Source: Thermoplasmatota archaeon
GTDB taxonomy: Archaea > Thermoplasmatota > JAKEGO01
Reading direction: 5' to 3'
Assembly (NCBI GenBank): GCA_028279595.1
Contig: JANQNK010000006.1
Span: forward strand, 32,001-96,000
DNA: 64,000 nucleotides
Shown here: positions 50,426 to 59,856 of the stretch, piece by piece
Position numbering within the stretch: position 1 is the first letter of the stretch
How the letters are laid out: each line of letters starts with the position of its first letter
Made by a program: the position numbers and the translations under genes
The notes under the pieces: model-generated
What the model was told of the DNA's origin: nothing
What the model saw: the letters and a program-made list of their open reading frames with translations, nothing else
Database searches by the model: none

Positions 50426-51363
50426 AGATTCTGGTAACAGGCGGGGCCGGGTTCATCGGCTCGCATCTCGTGGACAGGCTGGTGGCCGACGACCACGACG
50501 TCGTCGTCATGGACAACCTCAGCGGCGGCAACCTCGATATGATAAAGAACCATCTCGGCGCGATAGAGATCGTCCAGGGCGACATCACGGTCGAGGCGGA
50601 CCTGGTGAACGTCATGGACGACGTGGAGGTGCTCTTCCATCTGGCAGCGGACCCCGATGTCCGGGCCGGGTTCAAGAGGTCGGCCTTCCAGATCGAACAG
50701 AACCTGGTGGGCACGTACAACCTGCTGGACGCCATCGTCGACACCGACGTAAAGATGTTCGCCTTCACCTCTACATCCACGGTCTACGGGAACGCCACCA
50801 TCATTCCGACACCCGAGGAATACGGACCGCTGCTGCCGATATCGGTGTACGGGGCAACAAAGCTTGCCTGCGAGGGGCTCATTTCGGCATTCTCCGACAA
50901 CTACGGCTTCGATTCCGTCCTTTACAGGTTCGCGAACGTGGTGGGACCCCGCTCCACACACGGGGTGATATTCGATTTCGTCAACAAGTTGAGAACGAAC
51001 CCTTCCGAACTCGAGATACTCGGCGATGGGACCCAGAGGAAATCGTACTTCTCCGTCTCAGACTGCATCGAGGCCATGGTGCACGGCTGGAAGAACACCA
51101 GCGGATGCGAACCGTACAACATCGGATCCGTGGACGTCATCGACGTTACGACGCTGGCGAACATCGTCGTGGAGGAGATGGGACTCGAGGACGTGAAGTA
51201 CAGGTACACAGGCGGGGTCGGCGGTGCCGGCTGGAAGGGCGACGTGAAGTACATGCAGCTCGCCATCGACAAGATGGCAGGGATAGGCTGGAAACCGCTC
51301 CACGACAGCTCCGAGGCGGTCAGACTGGCCGTTCGGCACATAATCGGAACTGCCTCGATCTGA
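50422..51363 (+). CDS. NAD-dependent epimerase/dehydratase (UDP-glucose 4-epimerase-like)
   Basis: TGGAGFIGSH, HLAA, STSTVYG, YGATK, R.ANVVG. Confidence 0.93.
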   Translation: MKILVTGGAGFIGSHLVDRLVADDHDVVVMDNLSGGNLDMIKNHLGAIEIVQGDITVEADLVNVMDDVEVLFHLAADPDVRAGFKRSAFQIEQNLVGTYNLLDAIVDTDVKMFAFTSTSTVYGNATIIPTPEEYGPLLPISVYGATKLACEGLISAFSDNYGFDSVLYRFANVVGPRSTHGVIFDFVNKLRTNPSELEILGDGTQRKSYFSVSDCIEAMVHGWKNTSGCEPYNIGSVDVIDVTTLANIVVEEMGLEDVKYRYTGGVGGAGWKGDVKYMQLAIDKMAGIGWKPLHDSSEAVRLAVRHIIGTASI

Positions 51364-51398
51364 AGATCCGGAATTGAGGCGCGGGAAATTACTCTTCT

Positions 51399-52298
51399 CT
51401 ACACCGGAGGACGTCCGGATACCGTTTCGTGGATGCACTGGGCCAGGGTCGTGACCTCCCTGACGTTCACGGGGCTCCTGTCCAGCGTGTTAAGCCATTC
51501 CAGAGGGATGCCCGAGCGTCCCCAGGCGGCTCCGGCCATCGCACCCGTGACGGCAGCGAACGTATCGGTGTCTCCACCCATGCTCACGGCGTTCACGACC
51601 GCTTCGTGGAAATCCTTCGAGTGTGAAAGGGACCTGTATGCTGCATGCACCGTACGAAGCGCCATGCATTTGCTCGTGATGTCCACGTCGTTCAGACCCC
51701 TGGCCATCGCGTCGGCGACCTTGGGGTCCATCGTGACCATGCGTGCCTGTGCGTGCTCGAGGGCATCGTCCAGGTCCTCCTGAAGTATGAATGCCACGGA
51801 GAGGGTTATACCGACTGCGGAATTGATGCAGACGGGCGAAGCATGGGTTATCCTGGAAACATCCGCGGCTGTCTGGAGCATCACATCCTCGCCTGCCTGG
51901 CCGAACAGACCTATCGGCGCCGTCCTCATGACGGACCCATTGCCTTCCGCCTCCCTGCCGAGCATCCTGAGCGTCCTCTTGCCGGAATCGTGCCAGGATA
52001 CGCCCTCCTTCAGCATCTGCAGGGCGATGTAGGTCGTCCTCCCGATCGTGGTCGGACCTGTCTCGAACCACGAGAGGAATTCCCTCGAGATGTCCTCCGG
52101 ATCTATCCGCTTCTTCCTGCAGAGGCTCCTGGCCACGGCCAGTGTCATCTCGGTGTCATCGGTGACTAGCGGTACAAGTGGGGTCTTGACCTCGCCGAAC
52201 CGTTCCCATATCTGATGGCTGGTCATTCCCTCGAACGGGGCTCCCATCATATCCCCTACGGCCGTTCCCAGAAGGGTACCGGAGAACTTGTCCAACAT
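51399..52298 (-). CDS. ADP-ribosylglycohydrolase (DraG/ARH family)
   Basis: G.AVGD.MG.P.E, TDDT, GNGSVMR..P, TH, GGDTDT.AA..GA.AGA..G. Confidence 0.94.
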   Translation of the reverse strand: MLDKFSGTLLGTAVGDMMGAPFEGMTSHQIWERFGEVKTPLVPLVTDDTEMTLAVARSLCRKKRIDPEDISREFLSWFETGPTTIGRTTYIALQMLKEGVSWHDSGKRTLRMLGREAEGNGSVMRTAPIGLFGQAGEDVMLQTAADVSRITHASPVCINSAVGITLSVAFILQEDLDDALEHAQARMVTMDPKVADAMARGLNDVDITSKCMALRTVHAAYRSLSHSKDFHEAVVNAVSMGGDTDTFAAVTGAMAGAAWGRSGIPLEWLNTLDRSPVNVREVTTLAQCIHETVSGRPPV

Positions 52299-52512
52299 CT
52301 AAGATCCCGTTCCATCGAACGTACTCATAGTAATTAGTATTTGCTGTGAGAACGGGTGGTTATCTGCCATTTTACAGAGGGGGCCAGTATGGTCGAAATC
52401 ACCCTGAGGAGGGGTGCTACCCCTCAATATGCGGAAACAGGTCGAAATCGAGGTGTAGAACATGGTGAATTTGGGTTATCACCATGGTGTATCTGCTTAC
52501 CACCAAATTAGG

Positions 52513-52520
52513 TATATAAG
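52513..52520 (+). promoter_or_regulatory. TATA box of the microprotein operon
   Basis: TATATAAG about 45 nt upstream of ATG 52562; GAGGAGAGG SD at 52549-57. Confidence 0.6.
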
Positions 52521-52561
52521 GGTATGAGCGAGATTTCATCTCAAGTGTGAGGAGAGGTAAA

Positions 52562-52660
52562 ATGTGGCGAGATAAGAAGTTCCGGGCGGAAAAATTCCGC
52601 ATGGGCCTCAAGCGCTACATGCTTGTCGAAGGCAAGCTGATACCGATCCTCAAGGAATGA
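52562..52660 (+). CDS. Basic microprotein (32 aa)
   Basis: MWRDKKFRAEKFRMGLKRYMLVEGKLIPILKE; strong SD; its stop overlaps an ATG in frame with the next ORF. Confidence 0.6.
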   Translation: MWRDKKFRAEKFRMGLKRYMLVEGKLIPILKE

Positions 52661-52677
52661 TGCGGGGGAATGAAAAC

Positions 52678-52812
52678 ATGGTGGATGACTTCATCGATGG
52701 GTTCGAGGCTGCTACGGACCTTATACTCAGACGTCTGGGAGACGAGAACACGGAGGATGCAAAGCGCTACCTCCAGACCATGCTCGTTACGATCCAGGCG
52801 AAGAGGAACTGA
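52678..52812 (+). CDS. Helical microprotein (44 aa; 50 aa if started at 52660)
   Basis: MVDDFIDGFEAATDLILRRLGDENTEDAKRYLQTMLVTIQAKRN; genome-typical codons; followed by a terminator. Confidence 0.65.
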   Translation: MVDDFIDGFEAATDLILRRLGDENTEDAKRYLQTMLVTIQAKRN

Positions 52813-52838
52813 TCACGCTGATCTATCACCTCCTCTGT

Positions 52839-52891
52839 GGTTATAATCGCCGCGGTCCCCTTTATGGCGATTATAACCCTTCTTTTTTTTT
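52839..52891 (+). terminator. Hairpin plus poly-T terminator
   Basis: GGTTATAATCGCC / GGCGATTATAACC perfect 13-bp inverted repeat, then a T-tract. Confidence 0.82.
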
Positions 52892-53081
52892 CTTGGGGGC
52901 TTTACTCCTTCAATCTTGATTTCATTCGATGCTTTCTCGCGTTCAGGACCACCATTACCTTCAATTTCTGTATACTAGAGACATTGATCGATAGTGAATC
53001 TCATCTTTTTCCCCCTCCGACGAGGACATATTGATAAGGGGTCCCAATATTAACCATCCAGAGGACGACGAGGGAAGCGCG

Positions 53082-54926
53082 ATGGACGAGGAGGACGAGG
53101 GCACGACGGTCGACAAGGCCACCGATGATACTGAGACACCCGGGCAAGGTCCTGGAGCGGTCCCGGAAGAGGAGGACCCCAGGCTCGCGGGGGAGACAAG
53201 GGTCGGTGACCTGTCTGCGAAGATGTTCTGGTCGCCGTCACCGGCGCGGTCGACCGCACTGATGCTCGTCCTTTCTATCATCCTTGGACTTCCACTGTTC
53301 TATCGGGGCGGGGTCCCCCTTTACAGACAGCCTCTTTTACCCGTGGCCATAGCTGGCATATTCGCCTCAGCGGTCCTGACTGCCTACATCACGCAGTGGT
53401 ACTCGTCTAGGGAGGGGATAATGTATCCCAGGCGGGCGTTCCTCCTCTCGTTCGTAGGCGTCGGAGTCGCCATACCAGGCGTCCTCTTCGGACGTGTCAT
53501 TCCCGGCGGAAGCGCCCTCGTCATGGTGGGCCTGGCAAGTCCTGTCTGGATCCGCCACGTTACGCTTGTCGGCACCTCCGCTCCAAGGCACGTCAGGAAC
53601 CTTCCAGTATCCTTACTGCAGACACTGCTAATGGCGTGCGCCACGGTACCGTTCATCGGGATCACACCGTTCGAGGTCCTGGTCCTCGCCAATGCCTCCA
53701 TCGCTTTCCTTGCCGGAGCATTCCTGTTCCTGGCAATCGTCTCGGGACCGATGAAGCGCGTATTCGGGATCACTCCCTACGAGCTCCTCGTCAGCGGACT
53801 GGAGCACTTCACGACCAGCGGCGGCCTGGAGGGCGAGTCGTTCTTCTACGACATCTCGGCAACTACTACTGTCTGGTACTCTTACATACGGATCAGGCGC
53901 GAGAGGAAGCCAGACACTCATCTGGTCACGACCACGCTCCATCCAGGCCCATTCGGGCTGTTCGGTGGGAGCGACCTCCCGACGAAGCTGAAGGCGGCGA
54001 CCGGGTGGCGCAACCTCATGGTCTTCCACGGTCCCTCTGGACATGACATGAACCCCCCCAGGTCGGAGGACGTCGAGCGTTTTGGCAACGAGATCCGCGA
54101 TGCTGCCAAAGGCCTGACTGTCGATGGAGGCGCGTCGGAGCCGCAGATATCCACGGCGGGGGACATCCGGTTACAATCGCAGTCGATCGGGGGAACTGCT
54201 GTGGTGTCCGCCACCAGGGCTCCCGAGCCCACCGACGACATCGACCCCGCGACAGGCCTATCTGTAATAGATACTGTAAAGAGGACCACGGGAAGGGAAC
54301 GTGGCTTCTTCATCGACGCTCACAACTCCCTCGAGCCCGGGGTCGGCAGCATATTCTACGGCGATCCCAGGGCCAACGCCATGCTGGAGACCGCGAAGGG
54401 GATCGCGCTAGGTCCAGACGGCGATTTCAAGGCCGGCTATTCGGAACGGTCATCTCTCGAGATCGGAGGCGACCTCGGGGACATGGGAGTCCAGGCCCTC
54501 GTCGTCGAGACTGGCAGCGTCCGAACCGCCTACGTCCTTCTGGACGGCAACAACATCGTCATCGGTATCAGGGACAAGCTGGTCTCCGCCGCTTCGGACC
54601 TCGTGGACCTGATCGAGGTCCATACGACCGACAACCATTCCGTCAACAGGACCATCGGAGGCTACAGGCCCGTCGGCCTGGAGACGCCAGTACCGGTCCT
54701 GAGGCGGGCTGTACGGAACGCCGTGAAGGCCGCGATCGCGGACCTTGCCGACGCGAAGGCGGGCGGTGTCGAAGGGACCATCGACGAATTCCCGGTCCTC
54801 GGACACGGGACCACCGCAAAACTGACCGCGATGGTGAACGCGACAGCTGGGACGACCCGATGGGCCTTCGTATCATCGATGTTCGTGGCCGTCGTGTGGA
54901 GCCTGATACCGATCATCGCCTGGTGA
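53082..54926 (+). CDS. DUF2070 family membrane protein
   Basis: N-terminal TM bundle; HPGPF...GGSDLP, FHG...HD.NP, IDAHN, DGNN, TTDNH.VN. Confidence 0.88.
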   Translation: MDEEDEGTTVDKATDDTETPGQGPGAVPEEEDPRLAGETRVGDLSAKMFWSPSPARSTALMLVLSIILGLPLFYRGGVPLYRQPLLPVAIAGIFASAVLTAYITQWYSSREGIMYPRRAFLLSFVGVGVAIPGVLFGRVIPGGSALVMVGLASPVWIRHVTLVGTSAPRHVRNLPVSLLQTLLMACATVPFIGITPFEVLVLANASIAFLAGAFLFLAIVSGPMKRVFGITPYELLVSGLEHFTTSGGLEGESFFYDISATTTVWYSYIRIRRERKPDTHLVTTTLHPGPFGLFGGSDLPTKLKAATGWRNLMVFHGPSGHDMNPPRSEDVERFGNEIRDAAKGLTVDGGASEPQISTAGDIRLQSQSIGGTAVVSATRAPEPTDDIDPATGLSVIDTVKRTTGRERGFFIDAHNSLEPGVGSIFYGDPRANAMLETAKGIALGPDGDFKAGYSERSSLEIGGDLGDMGVQALVVETGSVRTAYVLLDGNNIVIGIRDKLVSAASDLVDLIEVHTTDNHSVNRTIGGYRPVGLETPVPVLRRAVRNAVKAAIADLADAKAGGVEGTIDEFPVLGHGTTAKLTAMVNATAGTTRWAFVSSMFVAVVWSLIPIIAW

Positions 54927-55036
54927 ATGTGCATTTCGGTCCCTCGAACCGCTGACAATTCCAGATCCTGCCTGCCATCAGGTATTAAATATCCAGACCT
55001 GGATTCCTATAATGCAGGACCGAAGGAGGACGCAGA

Positions 55037-58000
55037 ATGAGGCCAATGATGATGCTGATAGTTTTCGCCATGTTGGTGGCTGTTGCCGGTATAGCGAATG
55101 GGGCGGACATTGTCGTCGACGACACGACCGGGGACTGGCAGGACTATGACTCGATCGCGGATGCGGTGAACGCTGCCTCGGACGGGGATGACATATACGT
55201 CTACGCAGGCTACTATTCGGAGAACGTAACGGTCAAGAAGGACGTTTCTATCATCGGGAACGGGACCTCGGTGACACAGGTATCGGGTACTGGACCGACC
55301 TTCTACGTAAGGGCCAACGGTACATCCCTTTCGGGTATGAAGATAACCAGTTCGACATGGGGACAGCCGGCGATCCACCTCAACTATGCATGGGACATCG
55401 TCGTCGAGGACATCAACATCACCTCGGCCCACCAGGGCGTGGACATCGACTATGGCGGCAACATCACCATCAAGGGCATATCGATCAACAGGACCGCTGC
55501 CAGGGGATTCGAGATATGGTACGCTGAAGGGGTCACGATAGAGGACGCCTATCTCTGGTGGACGAGCGGTTGGGGTTACTACATCCTCTACACCGACAGC
55601 ATTGACATAATCGATCCCTTCTGCAGGCTTAGCTCGGCCTACAGCATATACATGGGGACATGCGACTGGGTCAATATCACGTCTCCGACCTTTCAGAACT
55701 CCGGCGTCTACGTCAGGGGTATCAACGATATGACGATCACGGATGCGACGTTCTCTCTGACGGACACCTACTCGGCGAACGCCCTCGACATCGGCGGGAA
55801 CCGGATCCTGGTCGACAACGTGCAGATCACGGATTACTACAACGCGATCAACGTGGTCGGGGCGGACAACATCACGGTACAGAACAGCGTGATAACGGGA
55901 ACGTCATCGAACTCGCTGGATGTCTATGACGGCAATGGATATATGGTTAAGAACGTCACCATCGATGGTGGGTTCACGGGTATCGACTTCGACCACAGCG
56001 ATTACCCGCGAATAATGGATTGCACCATTACCAACTCGACGCACGGGCTGCGGGTCGCTTCCTGCTATCGGCCCCGGATCTGGAACAACACCATCCGCGA
56101 CTGCGAGTACAACTTCGGATACGACGGCATCTACGATGACCATTTCAGGCCCTACCTGCCAGGAAACAACTCGGTGGACGGTCGGACGATCAAATACTAT
56201 TACGGGATCGACAACCAGACATTCGTCGGGAAGGATGACGACATCGGCTACCTGATCGTTGCGTTCTGCGACAATCTGACATTCCAGCAGCTCGACCTGA
56301 ACCACAACAACGAGGGCATATGGATGTACAAGAGCAAGAACATATTCTTCGAGGATTATGACATCGTCCATGTCTTCTACAAGGGGGTCAGGTCGTTCTA
56401 TTGCGAGCGACTGTATTTCGACAATGGGTTCATCAGCGAGAGCAGTGACATGGGATTCCACTTCTCCAACACCGACGACATCGGGATAACCTCGTTGACT
56501 GCGAACGGCACCTACGAGCTCTTCATGACCTCCGCGGTGGACCGTCTGACAGTCAACTGGGTGAACATCACCAATACGACCAGGATGCACTGGTCAGTGG
56601 ACGAGGGCCGTCTGGAGAACGTCACCTGGTACAATCAGAGCTTCCTCTACAGCGCCTACACCAGCGGATGCATCTTCAATAACATCGACCTCGAGTATGG
56701 CATGTTCAGGGTCCATCAGACCTGGAACAACAGCTTCTACAACGTCACCGTCCAATCGATACCGACCACATATACTGGGTTCTGGGCAGAGAGCGGGTCG
56801 TACGATAACCTGTTCGAGAACTTCGACGTCGGGAACGGAGATTACTACGGTATGAGACTCGACGGCAACTGCAACTGGAACACGCTGAGGAACGTCACGG
56901 TTCACGACGTGAAGTACGCCCTCCAGTTCAACAACGCCGGAAAGAACACGCTGATAGATGTCAACCTGACCGGCGACTACGCGGTCTGTTTCGATCCCGA
57001 TCCATATACTCCATTGGACCGACCATGGATGCAATACGTGACCAATTCGACTGCGAACGGGCTGCCCATCCTCTGGATAGTCGACGAGGATGGCACCGAG
57101 TACTATGAAGATTACGGGTTCATCGGTGTCGCCAGGTCCAACGATGTCACCGTGTCTGGCTCGATCCTCACTCCGAACAGGTACGGTTTCGTGATGTGGA
57201 AGGGTACGAACTCGACCTTCGAAACCATCAATGCGACCGATCAGGAGCTCGCCGGATTCTATCTGATACACTCGTCCAACAACACATTCGGCCCCTTGAG
57301 GTCATATCCGGGAAGGACCCAGGACCGGGCTCTGTTCGCCAGGCTCTGCGACAACATGACCATCCACGACGCCGAGATCATGTGGTTCGATCAGCAGGGG
57401 ATCCTATTGGAGAGCTGCGACAACACCACCATAATGAACTCGACATTCCAGGACGATTACGACGGACACAGTGCCACTTCAGTTGCGATAAAGGTTGACC
57501 GGGGTAACTGGAACACGGTGGAGAACTGCAATATCTCCCATTGGGATGTGGGTGTCCATCTCTTCGGAGCGTACTCTTGGGAGGACCCGTCATTCAGGAA
57601 CCGCGTCAGCAACTGCTCGTTCTACGATATTCTGTCGACAAGTGACGCGACCGCGATATACCAGGAACGGGGAACCAATTACGAGATCATAGGGAACGTG
57701 ATCAACGTATCGTGTGTAGGCATCTACCTGTATCAAGTCGAGGACGTCAATGTGAGCCGTAACTGGATAAAATCGGTAAAGAGCTGGACGACCTACACCT
57801 ATGACTACGGGCTAAGGGTGTCAACGAGCTCCTCCGGGATCGTATACGACAACGCCTTCCAGAACACGAAGAACGTCCTGGACGATTCGGGACTGGTATG
57901 GAACGTGTCCAAGCAGGCGCTGGATTGGCCCAATTCGACGAACGTGGTCGGTGGCCCTTCGATAGGCGGCAATTATTATTCGGACTACGATGGCAGGGAT

Positions 58001-59626
58001 GTCGATTACGATGGGATCGGTGAATGGGAATACAATGTCACTGGCTCCGCTGGATCGGTCGATCATCTACCTCTGTCGAATGACGTCTATCCATGGATAC
58101 GGTCCTGTGACGAGAACGGAACGCTCAAGGACGAGTTCTACACCGGTGAGCACGTATGGATCAAGGGTCGGGCCGCCCATAATTATTCATGGGTCGTGTT
58201 CAGCATGCCGTACTATCATAGAGACTGGCCAACTGAATATTCCGCGATCTGGATCGCAGAAGTAGTGCGAGGCGATTTCCATGAAGAATCCGAAACGAAG
58301 ATCACCTCGGGCAAGTCCGATATCCTGCTCACGCTCTACGGCGAACCCAGACCTCACCAACCCGACGCCCAGGACAACGGCAGCGAGGTAGGAAAGGACT
58401 ATGGTGTCCTCTTCATCGACAGGACGAACACCACGACTGGCTCCGGTGTCGTTGAATCCTATCCTTCCAATGGTTCCATGATGCCGATGACCGCAACGAA
58501 TGCCACGGACTATCCTGATACCCCCAACGGCACGTTCGTCCATGGGACCTTCGAGATCGCGATCGACCTCCGGCGCCTTACCTGGAACGATACGGGCACC
58601 CAGGTCGTCCTCAAGCTACCGGACACCGCACCGACTGGATACACCCTATGGAAGTACGGTCCGACCCCGACGAACTCGAGCGACCATTGGTACGAGTATC
58701 CACTCGGGGACAACGACGGTGACCGATACGTGACCTTCGATCTGACCGATGGAGCCTTGGGCGATGACGACCTCACCGACGATAATAACATCACTGCGGT
58801 CTTCGGATTGGTGCTCTCGAACCTCACCCACTTGGACGATATGATGATATCGGGGAACTATACATTCGGCGATGGGACATACTATCTCAACGACACATTC
58901 GAGGACGGTATCTTCCACGTCACCGGCTCCGATTTCATCATCGACTGCAGCAACACGACCTTCATCGGTGACGGTACCGGGACCTGCTTCTACTTCGACA
59001 ATTGTACGAACGTCACACTCATCGGTGCCAGGATAGAGGATTACGACATCGGGCTCGAGATCATCAACTCCGATATAACCTGTCCCGACCTGGCGGTCTA
59101 CCCGGTCTCTTGGGGCGCCGTGCTCGATCCGTCGACGGCCGTCTTCATCAATTGCACCTTCGACGAGGGATTCAGCGTGGACGCCGGCAGCAAGGTCATC
59201 GTGATGAACTATCTCCATGTCCATGTGAAGGACGCCGGGGGCGATGACGTCGAGGGTGCCGACCTCCGTGTGACGGACAACAACGAGTCCGTCTACGCGA
59301 CAGAGTACTACGGCGGCCGGGACGGCAACGTCCTTACCACTGGCGACAACGACAATCAGACCGGTCCCGACGGTCACGTATGGTTCATTCCGGTGACCTA
59401 CTGCGTCTATGACGGGTCCGATTCTCCGACCTACAACGATACACATGTCTATGTCCGATGGAGGCTTTGGACCGACGACACGGACGTCAACATGTCGACG
59501 TCGAAATTGGTGACGTTCCAGGCGGACACATACATCCCGGAGTACCCGATGATGACCGCCCTTCTCATGCTCACCGTCGTGGCATTTGCACCGATGCTCC
59601 TCCGGAGGCGGAGACGGAAGGATTGA
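55037..59626 (+). CDS. Large beta-helix surface glycoprotein with choice-of-anchor-U-like domain and PEF-CTERM-like sorting signal
   Basis: Signal peptide, tandem PbH1/NosD blocks, WKYGPTP...HWY...LTDGALGDDDL, C-terminal IPEY + TM + RRRRRK. Confidence 0.9.
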   Translation: MRPMMMLIVFAMLVAVAGIANGADIVVDDTTGDWQDYDSIADAVNAASDGDDIYVYAGYYSENVTVKKDVSIIGNGTSVTQVSGTGPTFYVRANGTSLSGMKITSSTWGQPAIHLNYAWDIVVEDINITSAHQGVDIDYGGNITIKGISINRTAARGFEIWYAEGVTIEDAYLWWTSGWGYYILYTDSIDIIDPFCRLSSAYSIYMGTCDWVNITSPTFQNSGVYVRGINDMTITDATFSLTDTYSANALDIGGNRILVDNVQITDYYNAINVVGADNITVQNSVITGTSSNSLDVYDGNGYMVKNVTIDGGFTGIDFDHSDYPRIMDCTITNSTHGLRVASCYRPRIWNNTIRDCEYNFGYDGIYDDHFRPYLPGNNSVDGRTIKYYYGIDNQTFVGKDDDIGYLIVAFCDNLTFQQLDLNHNNEGIWMYKSKNIFFEDYDIVHVFYKGVRSFYCERLYFDNGFISESSDMGFHFSNTDDIGITSLTANGTYELFMTSAVDRLTVNWVNITNTTRMHWSVDEGRLENVTWYNQSFLYSAYTSGCIFNNIDLEYGMFRVHQTWNNSFYNVTVQSIPTTYTGFWAESGSYDNLFENFDVGNGDYYGMRLDGNCNWNTLRNVTVHDVKYALQFNNAGKNTLIDVNLTGDYAVCFDPDPYTPLDRPWMQYVTNSTANGLPILWIVDEDGTEYYEDYGFIGVARSNDVTVSGSILTPNRYGFVMWKGTNSTFETINATDQELAGFYLIHSSNNTFGPLRSYPGRTQDRALFARLCDNMTIHDAEIMWFDQQGILLESCDNTTIMNSTFQDDYDGHSATSVAIKVDRGNWNTVENCNISHWDVGVHLFGAYSWEDPSFRNRVSNCSFYDILSTSDATAIYQERGTNYEIIGNVINVSCVGIYLYQVEDVNVSRNWIKSVKSWTTYTYDYGLRVSTSSSGIVYDNAFQNTKNVLDDSGLVWNVSKQALDWPNSTNVVGGPSIGGNYYSDYDGRDVDYDGIGEWEYNVTGSAGSVDHLPLSNDVYPWIRSCDENGTLKDEFYTGEHVWIKGRAAHNYSWVVFSMPYYHRDWPTEYSAIWIAEVVRGDFHEESETKITSGKSDILLTLYGEPRPHQPDAQDNGSEVGKDYGVLFIDRTNTTTGSGVVESYPSNGSMMPMTATNATDYPDTPNGTFVHGTFEIAIDLRRLTWNDTGTQVVLKLPDTAPTGYTLWKYGPTPTNSSDHWYEYPLGDNDGDRYVTFDLTDGALGDDDLTDDNNITAVFGLVLSNLTHLDDMMISGNYTFGDGTYYLNDTFEDGIFHVTGSDFIIDCSNTTFIGDGTGTCFYFDNCTNVTLIGARIEDYDIGLEIINSDITCPDLAVYPVSWGAVLDPSTAVFINCTFDEGFSVDAGSKVIVMNYLHVHVKDAGGDDVEGADLRVTDNNESVYATEYYGGRDGNVLTTGDNDNQTGPDGHVWFIPVTYCVYDGSDSPTYNDTHVYVRWRLWTDDTDVNMSTSKLVTFQADTYIPEYPMMTALLMLTVVAFAPMLLRRRRRKD

Positions 59627-59856
59627 GGTCCAATTATCACCGATCTACGTAAGTTCGTCGGTCGTCGAACCCCTTCCGTGAAAAACCGCATCGGAAGAGA
59701 TGTCAAAAATAACGGAAGTTCCGTGAAAAAAACCCCCGGAAAATGCCCTATACATTATTACATGGCTACGACAACGTTTAAAAACCCCATGTTCGTTACC
59801 TAAGGCATCGGGTCTAGCCACCCGAATGACAAACTAAGAGAGAGGTGACTACGGAT

